Assembly (NCBI GenBank): GCA_003164955.1
Contig: PLRW01000247.1
Coordinates: 81,403 to 145,402, forward strand
Reading direction: 5' to 3'
Origin: Actinomycetota bacterium
Lineage (GTDB): Bacteria > Actinomycetota > Actinomycetes > Streptosporangiales > Streptosporangiaceae
Length of the DNA stretch: 64,000 nt
This document shows, piece after piece, positions 8,539 to 16,287 of the stretch. The notes beneath the pieces were generated by a model. It saw only the letters and a program-made list of their open reading frames with translations. It was not told the DNA's origin and did not search any database. The position numbers were made by a program, and so were the translations under genes. Each line of letters starts with the position of its first letter. Position 1 is the stretch's first letter.

Positions 8539-10028
8539 TCGCGAGAACCCTTGCGGCGCGTGAGCGTACCCGAGTGCCGCCCGGCGCGAACGAGGACCAG
8601 CGGCTCAGGGCCGTCCCCGCCGAGGATGACAAACCGCGTGACCTGGCGGAGCTGTGTGAACAGTTCGTCCTGGTGTGCGAGTCCGCGGTGGATCCCCTGG
8701 AGATATCCAGCGCGCTCGAGTTCGACGGCCTGAACGACCAGGCCGCGCGCGAACTGTACGGCTTCTCCGACGTTTTCGCGCTGGCCGAGGAGATGTACTG
8801 GCGCGTGCCGCGGCAGCCCGCCGAACCGGAGCCGGTGGCCGATCCGTGGCGGATCAGCAAGCTCCGGTCGGCGATGCACGGCCTGATCTATGGTTTGCCC
8901 GCGGTCTGCTTCCCCGCGGCCAGCGGGCTGCTGAACGGCCCCGGTGCGCTCCGTGCGCTGGTCGTCGCGCTGCTCAGCTCCTGGGCCCTGAGCCAGGGAC
9001 TCGCCTATCTCGGGTACGCACGGCTGGGCCGTTCGGACCCGGTTCAGGCCGCCCGGGTGATGCTGCCGGGAATGACCGCAGGCACGGGCGCGACCGCCCT
9101 GGTGATGGCGCTGACCGCGCTGACCGGGCACGTCCACCTGCCGGTGCTCGCGTTCGGCTTCGGGCTGGGGACGTACATGCTGGGCGCCACCGTGCTGATG
9201 GTGCTGGGCGCCGAGCGTCTTCTCCTCATCGTCCTGGCGCCAGCCGTGCTCGGCTCCGCCGCGTTCCTGGCCCTCGGGCGACCGCATTATCTGGAGTACG
9301 CGACCTGGGGAGCCCTGGCCGCCACCCCAGCGCTGGCCCTTGGCCTGGCCACGTGGCGGGCTCGCCGCAAGTCCGGCTTCTTCGGCCGGCGCCGCGGCGC
9401 GACCGCGAAGAAACGGGAGGCGGCCGGCCCGCTGATCACGGCGGCGGACCTGCGTGGCGCGCTGCCGAGCGTCGGGTTCGGGCTGGTCGTCGCCGGGCTG
9501 CTGGTGTTCCCGGTCGCGGCGGCCCTGCCCGGCCGTCCCGATACCGGTGCGCTGATCGCCTCGCTGCCGCTGGCCCTGAGCATGGGCGTGGCGGAGTGGA
9601 CGCTCGTCTGGTTCCGGCGGCGGACGCAACGCCTGCTGCGGGCGACCCGGGAAGTGCCGGTCTTCGCCCACCGGGCCCGGCTGACCTTGTTCACCGCGCT
9701 GCTGCATTATCTGACCGCCGCCGCGCTGCTGACCGCCACCGCGGCCGCGGTGATGATCACGGCGCATCTGATTCACCCGCACTGGACCCTGGCGCCGCAG
9801 ATCGCGGCCTACCTGGCGCTGGGCGGGGCGATGTTCGTCGCGCTGCTGCTGCAGGCCTTCGGCAGCCGCATATTCCCGCTGATCACGTGCGCGGCGGCGC
9901 TGGCCTTCGAGGTCCTCTGGCGCCGCCTGGGGGTGCTCGGGCAGCTCGCGGCCTGTACGGAGCTGCTCGTGACGCTGACTGCCTACGCGGCTCACGTGCT
10001 GGGCAAGGCGGTTCGGCATGCGCCCTAG
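8535..10028 (+). CDS. polytopic integral membrane protein, translationally coupled to the pelF-like gene (candidate PelG-type exporter; family not verified)
   Basis: Start overlaps the upstream stop as ATGA. About 110-aa soluble N-terminus, then roughly 10 or more hydrophobic helices. It is the in-frame C-terminal part of the 6987..10028 ORF, whose N-terminal half is out-of-frame read-through of the GT gene. Confidence 0.65.
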   Translation: MIARTLAARERTRVPPGANEDQRLRAVPAEDDKPRDLAELCEQFVLVCESAVDPLEISSALEFDGLNDQAARELYGFSDVFALAEEMYWRVPRQPAEPEPVADPWRISKLRSAMHGLIYGLPAVCFPAASGLLNGPGALRALVVALLSSWALSQGLAYLGYARLGRSDPVQAARVMLPGMTAGTGATALVMALTALTGHVHLPVLAFGFGLGTYMLGATVLMVLGAERLLLIVLAPAVLGSAAFLALGRPHYLEYATWGALAATPALALGLATWRARRKSGFFGRRRGATAKKREAAGPLITAADLRGALPSVGFGLVVAGLLVFPVAAALPGRPDTGALIASLPLALSMGVAEWTLVWFRRRTQRLLRATREVPVFAHRARLTLFTALLHYLTAAALLTATAAAVMITAHLIHPHWTLAPQIAAYLALGGAMFVALLLQAFGSRIFPLITCAAALAFEVLWRRLGVLGQLAACTELLVTLTAYAAHVLGKAVRHAP

Positions 10029-10170
10029 GCCGTCTACCGGGGGCAACCGGATGGGGTAAGGGGGCTGCTTCCGGGGGGCCGGATTCCTAGGGCACTGGCA
10101 GCGGGCACTCCGCCGCCAGACGTATCAAGCCATCTTTGAATCTTCAAGTTCAACAGGAGGGGAGGCTGCG

Positions 10171-11166
10171 ATGACAGACCAAGTCGCGGTAACGGGGGCC
10201 GAGGGTTTCATCGGCTCGCACCTGGTGGAGGCGCTGGTGCGCCGCGGTAACCGGGTAAAGGCGATGGTGCTCTACAACATGTACAGCTCACAAGGCTGGC
10301 TGGACACGCTCGAGCCCGGCATCAGGGACCAGGTGGACGTGGTCTTCGGGGACGTGCGCGACCCGGCCTCGGTGCGCGAGCTCGTCGAGGGCGCGACGGT
10401 CGTGTATCACCTCGCCGCCCTCGGATCGGTTCCCTACTCCTATAGCGCCCCGCGGTCCTTCGTGGACACGAACGTGATCGGCACGCTGCACGTACTCGAG
10501 GCGGTCCGTGCCTGCCAGACCCCGCGCCTGGTGCACACCTCGACCAGCGAGACGTACGGGACGGCCCGCACCGTCCCCATCAGCGAGGCGCACCAGCCTC
10601 AGGCGCAGTCACCGTACGCGGCATCCAAGATCGCGGCCGACGCGCTGGCCGAGTCTTATTACCTCAGCTTCGGCATGCCCGTGGTCACGCTGCGTCCGTT
10701 CAATACCTTCGGTCCCCGGCAGTCGGCCCGCGCGGTCATCCCGGCGATCATCACCCAGCTCGCGGCGGGAGCCCGGCAGCTCAAGCTGGGCGCGCTCGAC
10801 CCGACTCGCGACTTCTCCTACGTCACCGACACCGCCCAGGCGTTCGTGGACCTCGGTGAGGCGCCGGCCTCAGCGGTGCTCGGCGAGGTGTTCAACGTCG
10901 GCCCGGGAGAGGACGTCTCCATCGGGCAGCTGGCCCATGACATCGCCAGATTCATGGACGTGGACGCCGACATCGTCGAAGACACCCAGCGGCTTCGCCC
11001 CAAGGACTCCGAGGTGATGCGGCTGGTGTGCGACGCCTCCAGGCTGCGCGAGCGCACCGGGTGGCGGCCGCGCTACACCCGCGATGAGGGGCTGCGCGAA
11101 ACCATCGACTGGTTCCGGCAGCCCGGGAACCTGGCCCGCTACAACCCCAGCGAATACAACCGATAA
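10171..11166 (+). CDS. NAD-dependent nucleotide-sugar epimerase/dehydratase (extended SDR)
   Basis: 331 aa. VTGAEGFIGSHLVEAL Rossmann motif, YAASKIAAD catalytic YxxxK, strong RBS AGGAGGGGAGG upstream. Confidence 0.85.
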   Translation: MTDQVAVTGAEGFIGSHLVEALVRRGNRVKAMVLYNMYSSQGWLDTLEPGIRDQVDVVFGDVRDPASVRELVEGATVVYHLAALGSVPYSYSAPRSFVDTNVIGTLHVLEAVRACQTPRLVHTSTSETYGTARTVPISEAHQPQAQSPYAASKIAADALAESYYLSFGMPVVTLRPFNTFGPRQSARAVIPAIITQLAAGARQLKLGALDPTRDFSYVTDTAQAFVDLGEAPASAVLGEVFNVGPGEDVSIGQLAHDIARFMDVDADIVEDTQRLRPKDSEVMRLVCDASRLRERTGWRPRYTRDEGLRETIDWFRQPGNLARYNPSEYNR

Positions 11167-11179
11167 GCGCGGAGGCATC

Positions 11180-11893
11180 ATGCATGCAGTAATTCTCGCC
11201 GGGGGTAAGGGCATCAGGCTGCGGCCCTATACGACGCGGCTCCCCAAACCTCTCGTGCCCATCGGAGACGACCACTCGATCCTGGAGATCGCGCTCTCCC
11301 AGCTCGCCCGGTACGGCTTCGACCGGGTCACGCTGGCCATCGGCCACTTCGGCGAGCTGATCCGGTCCTACATCGGTGACGGCAGCCGGTGGGGCCTCAG
11401 CGTCGACTACACCGACCTGGAGGAGACGCCGCTGGGCACGATGGGACCGGTCCTGCAGATCCTCGACCGGCTGCCCGAGCAGTTCCTGGTCATGAACGGC
11501 GACATACTGACCGATCTTGACTTCTCGGACCTGATGCGGCGGCACGCGGCATCGGACGCGCCGCTCACGGTGGCGACGTACCAGCGCGAGGTACGCATCG
11601 AATACGGCGTGCTGACCACCAAAGACGATCACGTGGTGAAGTTCACCGAGAAGCCGACGATCGACTACCGGGTCAGCATGGGCGTTTATGCGTGCAACCG
11701 GCGAGCCCTGGCCAAGTACACACCCGGGCTGCCGTTCGGCTTCGACGAGTTCGTCCTGGACATGCTGGCCGGTGACACTCCCCCGCAGGAGTACGCGTTC
11801 AAGGGCTACTGGTTCGATATCGGCCGCCCGGAGGACTACGACCGGGTCAATGCCGAATTCGGGCTCCTCCGGGAAAGCCTGCTGGGGGCCTAG
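11180..11893 (+). CDS. sugar-1-phosphate nucleotidyltransferase
   Basis: MHAVILAGGKGIRLRPYTTRLPKPLVPI signature. Start chosen at the internal ATG 11180, which has GGAGG 5 nt upstream. The track ORF starts at 11084 and overlaps the previous gene. Confidence 0.85.
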   Translation: MHAVILAGGKGIRLRPYTTRLPKPLVPIGDDHSILEIALSQLARYGFDRVTLAIGHFGELIRSYIGDGSRWGLSVDYTDLEETPLGTMGPVLQILDRLPEQFLVMNGDILTDLDFSDLMRRHAASDAPLTVATYQREVRIEYGVLTTKDDHVVKFTEKPTIDYRVSMGVYACNRRALAKYTPGLPFGFDEFVLDMLAGDTPPQEYAFKGYWFDIGRPEDYDRVNAEFGLLRESLLGA

Positions 11894-11896
11894 GCG

Positions 11897-12799
11897 ATGC
11901 GTCTCATGGTTATCGGTGCGAGCGGGTTCCTCGGTGCGCACGTGCGGCGCCAGGCCTCGGCGGCCGGGGCGGAGGTGGTGACGGCCGGCCGCTCCAGGCT
12001 GGCCGATTCACCCCGCCACCGGTTCATCGACCTCGCCGAAGAGGATCCAGCCCAGCTCGCGGCGGTGATCACGGAGGTGGCTCCGGACGCCGTGGTGAAC
12101 TGCGCCGGAGCGACCTCCGGGCCGCCGGAGGCGCTGGCTGCGGCCAACGTCACCGGCGCCTACACGCTGACGAAGGCCATGCTCCTGACCCGGCGGCGGC
12201 CGCGGCTCGTGCATCTGGGATCCGCCGCCGAGTACGGGCGCGCCGAGCCCGGGGTCCCGGTGACCGAGCAGGTCACTCCCCGGCCCGGCGCGATCTACGG
12301 CGTCACCAAGCTAGCCGGTACCCGGCTGGTGGAGCTGGCCGCGGCGGCCGGGCTCGACGCCGTGGTGCTGCGGGTCTTCAACCCCGTAGGCCCGGGAGCA
12401 CAGCAGGCCAGCCTGCCGGGCCGGCTGATCGCCGAGCTGCGCCAGGCGTCCTGGCAGGGAACCGACGTGCGGCTCGGGTCGCTGGACGCCGTCCGCGACT
12501 TCGTCGACGTGCGGGATGTCGCCGACGCCGCGTTCGCCGCCGCGGCCGCGGCGGCGCTCCCGCACACTGTGCTCAACATCGGCAGCGGGCGGGGAGTGCC
12601 CGTCCGTGCGATGGTCAAGCAGCTTCTCGCGATCAGCGGATGCACGAGCACGGTGCACGAGGATACGCAGGGGCCGGCGCGATCACCCGACATCCCCTGG
12701 CAGCAAGCCGACATCAGCCGCGCCGTCGCCGACCTGGCCTGGACGCCGCGCCGTGACCTGGAGACTTCGCTGACCGACCTGTGGGAGGCGACCCCGTGA
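11897..12799 (+). CDS. NAD(P)-dependent nucleotide-sugar epimerase/reductase (SDR)
   Basis: 300 aa. MVIGASGFLGAHV Rossmann motif and YGVTKLAG YxxxK. Confidence 0.8.
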   Translation: MRLMVIGASGFLGAHVRRQASAAGAEVVTAGRSRLADSPRHRFIDLAEEDPAQLAAVITEVAPDAVVNCAGATSGPPEALAAANVTGAYTLTKAMLLTRRRPRLVHLGSAAEYGRAEPGVPVTEQVTPRPGAIYGVTKLAGTRLVELAAAAGLDAVVLRVFNPVGPGAQQASLPGRLIAELRQASWQGTDVRLGSLDAVRDFVDVRDVADAAFAAAAAAALPHTVLNIGSGRGVPVRAMVKQLLAISGCTSTVHEDTQGPARSPDIPWQQADISRAVADLAWTPRRDLETSLTDLWEATP

Positions 12800-13497
12800 C
12801 CCCGCGCGCCGCGGACGGCTCCGAGCTGGTCAGGCCGCAGTTGATCGTCCCGGCGTATTTTCACCCGGCGACCCATCCGGGCGAGTGGGCGTGGCTGGCC
12901 GCCCGCGCCGCACAGATCAGGATGATCGTGCTCAACCTGGCCGACGGGCCGGGCGCCCAGCCCGACGCCGCCCTGTTCCCGGTGCTGGACCGGCTGCGTT
13001 CCGCCGGGGTGACGGTGGCCGGGTACGTGGACACCGACTACGGCCACCGCCCGGTGTACGACGCCGTGGCCGATCTCACCCGGTTCGCGGGGTGGTACCA
13101 GGTCGACGGCGTGTTCTTCGACCGGGCCGCCGTGGCCGCCGGGGATGTCGGCTATTACGCGGACCTGGCCCGCCAGGCGCGGGATACGGGCGTGCGCCTG
13201 GTGGCGTTCAACCACGGTTCCCACCCGATCGAGGCGTACGCCGAGCACGCCGACCTGCTCGGCACGTTCGAGGGCCCCTGGACCGCTTACCTGGAGCTGA
13301 CGGTGCCGCGCTGGGTGCGGGCGCGGCCAGCCGGGCAGTTTTTTCACCTGCTGCACTCGGTGCCGGTCTCGTCGTTCGAGGACGCCACCTGGCTGGCGGC
13401 CCGGCGCAACGCCGGCTGTGCGTTCGTGACCGACCAGGGCGGGGAGAATCCCTGGGACCGGCTGCCGGACGGCGCTTTCGACCGGCAGCCACAGTAA
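12781..13497 (+). CDS. spherulation-specific family 4 (Sph3/GH135-like) protein, no signal peptide
   Basis: 238 aa. LIVPAYFHP...WAWL...MIVLNLADGPG...GYVDTDYGHRP...WYQVDGVFFDRAA. An alternative GTG start at 12796 gives a GTGA overlap with the upstream stop. Confidence 0.8.
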   Translation: MGGDPVTPRAADGSELVRPQLIVPAYFHPATHPGEWAWLAARAAQIRMIVLNLADGPGAQPDAALFPVLDRLRSAGVTVAGYVDTDYGHRPVYDAVADLTRFAGWYQVDGVFFDRAAVAAGDVGYYADLARQARDTGVRLVAFNHGSHPIEAYAEHADLLGTFEGPWTAYLELTVPRWVRARPAGQFFHLLHSVPVSSFEDATWLAARRNAGCAFVTDQGGENPWDRLPDGAFDRQPQ

Positions 13498-13600
13498 GCC
13501 CCGGCCTGCTGGCCGCGCATCGAGCAGCCCGCTGCCCAGCGTAGTCTTGCCATGACCAATGGCCTGACGTGCGCATACTTGATGTGAGGCTCGCCTGAGC

Positions 13601-14515
13601 ATGCACGGGAAACCGAACAGGCAGGCTCCCGGCGGACTCCCGGCTCTCACCCCCCGGCGGCTTGCCGTCGTCCTGTCCGCCGTCCTGGCCGTCGCGGCCG
13701 GTGCCGTCGCGGTATACGTGGCCACCGGGTCCCGGTCGGGCTGCCAGGAAGCGTTCGTGCCCGCCTACTTCTACCCGGGCGCCGGCTGGACGCAGGCGAT
13801 TACCAGCAAACCACCGCCCAGCGTCATGATTCTCGACGTCACCAGTTCGGGCGCGGGCAGTTCACCGAACCGGAATTACCAGGCCGCCGTCAAGCGCGCG
13901 CAGGGCGCCGGGATCACGGTCATGGGTTACGCCAGCACGGACTACGCGCGGCGTCCCGCCGCGGCGGTCGAGGCGGATGTCTCGCATTACCGGTCCTGGT
14001 ACCACGTGACCGACGTCTTCCTCGACGAGGCATCCAGCAACGGCGGCGCGGCCGCCTATTACCAGCGCCTGACCAGCTACATCCACGACGTAGACCCGGG
14101 CTCGAAGGTGATGCTGAACCCCGGCACCTATCCCGACCAGCGGTACATGTCGATCGGCGACATCGTTCTGGTGTACGAGAATACCTACGCCCGTTACGTC
14201 AAGCTCCGCGTGCCCGGCTGGGTCCGCAATTATCCCGCGGCCAAATTCGCGTATGCCATTTACGCCACCCCGGGCTCGGAGCTGGCCGGCGCGATCAGCC
14301 TGTCCCGGCAGCGGAACGCCGGCTACATCTACGTGACCAGCAATTCCGGTGCGAACCCGTACAGGTCACTGCCCGCCTACTGGCCGGGCGAGAATGCGAT
14401 CATCGCCGGATGCGCGCGCGCCAGCACGTCGTCCGCCGGCGCCCCGGGCCCAGCCGGAACCGGAGCGGGTCAATCTACCGGCAAGGATGGCGCGGCCCGG
14501 CGAGAGCCGACGTGA
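13601..14515 (+). CDS. spherulation-specific family 4 (Sph3/GH135-like) protein with N-terminal membrane anchor
   Basis: 304 aa. TM segment LAVVLSAVLAVAAGAVAVYVA, then FVPAYFYPGAGW...MILDVTSSGAGS...GYASTDYARRP...WYHVTDVFLDEAS. Confidence 0.8.
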   Translation: MHGKPNRQAPGGLPALTPRRLAVVLSAVLAVAAGAVAVYVATGSRSGCQEAFVPAYFYPGAGWTQAITSKPPPSVMILDVTSSGAGSSPNRNYQAAVKRAQGAGITVMGYASTDYARRPAAAVEADVSHYRSWYHVTDVFLDEASSNGGAAAYYQRLTSYIHDVDPGSKVMLNPGTYPDQRYMSIGDIVLVYENTYARYVKLRVPGWVRNYPAAKFAYAIYATPGSELAGAISLSRQRNAGYIYVTSNSGANPYRSLPAYWPGENAIIAGCARASTSSAGAPGPAGTGAGQSTGKDGAARREPT

Positions 14516-15551
14516 ACAGCGTCCCGTCAATGCGGCCCGAGGTGTCGGCCGGGCAGAAATGGCCGAGGTCCGCGGCGGCGTCGCGGCCCCAGTCATCGGT
14601 GTACTCCGCGTCCAGAACGAGCTTTCCGGCCCGGACGTACGGCGGCGTCACGATCCCGCACGTCTGGTAGTAGCCGCATTCCTCGGTCAGCAGGAAGTCG
14701 GTGGTGGGCTCGAGCGCCGCCGAGAACGCCGGGTCGTTATCCCCGTTCTTCTGCCCCCACGCCAGGCCGAGGTGGTGGGCGTAGGCGGCGAGGGTGCGGT
14801 CATACGCCTCGCTGCGCGCCTCGGTGATCGGGAAACCGGTGCTGTCGGTGTACGAATCGTCGATATCCGGCTCGACCGCGTCGAAATCCTTGCCCGCGCA
14901 TTGCTGCCGGATCATCGACTCGATGATCGCCGTCGTGGACGCCGCCGTGATGTTGAGGTATTTCTCCGGGTACCCCGGCACCGCGCGGCCCAGATCACCG
15001 GCGGCCTGCAGCTGGTCGTAGTAGGTGACCGCGCCGCCCTCGTCGGCGGCCGAATAGTAGTTCCCGGCCGAGCCGACCTCGATGTAACAGATCACTTTGC
15101 TCCCTCGCCGGTGCAGCGCGGCCACCACGGAAGCGGAGCTGAGGATGCCGTCGATGTCGTACAGGCCCACCCGGGGCGCCAGCCGACCGGCCGCGTTCAG
15201 CACCCCGTTGCCCATATCCAGTTCGCTGCCGGTGCTCAGTGGGTGGTCTAGTTCCCACTGGAATTCCGGCCCATTGTCCGGGCCGGCGTCCGAGGGATGC
15301 CACCAGGCGTGCGCCGTGGGCCCGTGCCCGGCGGGAGAGGTCGCGGGCCTGGTGGCGTGCCCCCCCGGCGGCGGCGGCGCCGTGGGGGCCGCCGTGGCCG
15401 CTGTCGCGGCTGCCGTTGCTCCTGCCGCCGCCGCGGCCGGGGTGGCATGGGCCGTGGCCGGGGCCGCCGACGGCGTCGGCCGGGAGGCCCCGCTGCCGCA
15501 TCCAGCCAGCAGCAGGCCCATCCCGGCCATGACGATCGCGGTCTTCCTCAT
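14475..15551 (-). CDS. GH114 endo-alpha-1,4-polygalactosaminidase-like lipoprotein (Ega3 / PelA-hydrolase-domain type)
   Basis: 358 aa. Lipobox LLLAGC. FQWELDHPL..., GLYDIDG..., KVICYIEVGSAG..., DAVEPDIDDSY... fit the Glyco_hydro_114 pattern as I remember it. Confidence 0.8.
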   Translation of the reverse strand: MRKTAIVMAGMGLLLAGCGSGASRPTPSAAPATAHATPAAAAAGATAAATAATAAPTAPPPPGGHATRPATSPAGHGPTAHAWWHPSDAGPDNGPEFQWELDHPLSTGSELDMGNGVLNAAGRLAPRVGLYDIDGILSSASVVAALHRRGSKVICYIEVGSAGNYYSAADEGGAVTYYDQLQAAGDLGRAVPGYPEKYLNITAASTTAIIESMIRQQCAGKDFDAVEPDIDDSYTDSTGFPITEARSEAYDRTLAAYAHHLGLAWGQKNGDNDPAFSAALEPTTDFLLTEECGYYQTCGIVTPPYVRAGKLVLDAEYTDDWGRDAAADLGHFCPADTSGRIDGTLFTSALAGPRHPCR

Positions 15552-15648
15552 GAACGTCGCGTCCCCGCCCGCGTGTGGAGAGCCGGCCAGCCCGGCCGTG
15601 GCCCTGCGATGATACGCGGGGCCACTCCCGCCGTCCCGCCGCGGGCCG

Positions 15649-16197
15649 CTACCCCTGTGGCTCGCTGACCTGCACCGGCGCGGGCGGGTTGGCCGCCGCG
15701 GTCACCTCGGTGATGTCGCCGTTGCCCGTGGCGAGCAGGGCGCCGGCCGGGCCGGGGTTCCCGCTGCTGATCTGCGTGCCGGCCTTCCCGACGTCATTCA
15801 GGCCGGCCCGGTAGATCGCCGCATCCACCGGGGGCATGGGGCCGCCGAGTGCGGTCCGCACGTCCGCCGCCAGCTGGGCGCCGGCACTCTTCGCCGCGCC
15901 GGACTGGCGGGCCCGCTGGGCGGCGCTGAGCTTGCCCAGGTCGACGTTGACGGCCGCGAGAAGCTGGCCGGCCGGCCCGGTGACCCATTTGGCCCCCTTG
16001 GTCACGGCGGGCAGCGCCGCGGCGGACGGCCGGCTCGCGGTCTTCCCCCCGCCGACGCCGGCCACGACGCCGGCCACCAGGGCGGCGAGCAGGACCGGGA
16101 TCAGCGTGGCCAGAACCTTGTTCCGGCGCACCCACGACCCGCCGGGCCACTGTCGCGTTCCGGGCCCGGTGGCCCATTGTTCCATCGACGTTGTCAC
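15649..16197 (-). CDS. hypothetical single-pass membrane-anchored protein
   Basis: 182 aa. One TM (VLATLIPVLLAALVAGVVAGV) and an Ala/Gly-rich ectodomain. Lies between the agd3-like and GH114 genes on the same strand. Confidence 0.5.
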   Translation of the reverse strand: MTTSMEQWATGPGTRQWPGGSWVRRNKVLATLIPVLLAALVAGVVAGVGGGKTASRPSAAALPAVTKGAKWVTGPAGQLLAAVNVDLGKLSAAQRARQSGAAKSAGAQLAADVRTALGGPMPPVDAAIYRAGLNDVGKAGTQISSGNPGPAGALLATGNGDITEVTAAANPPAPVQVSEPQG

Positions 16198-16287
16198 GAT
16201 CGTTTCCCCTTTTTTCTTCTGGCTGGCCGCCCAATGGGGTCCCGGCGCATTCGCCGGGACCCCACCGGGCCTCGTGAACTGGCTTGG

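Noticed and set aside
8535-10028. Naming the membrane protein PelG outright
   Set aside because: Only position, translational coupling and topology support the name. The long soluble N-terminus does not resemble what I remember of PelG, so the family assignment is left open.
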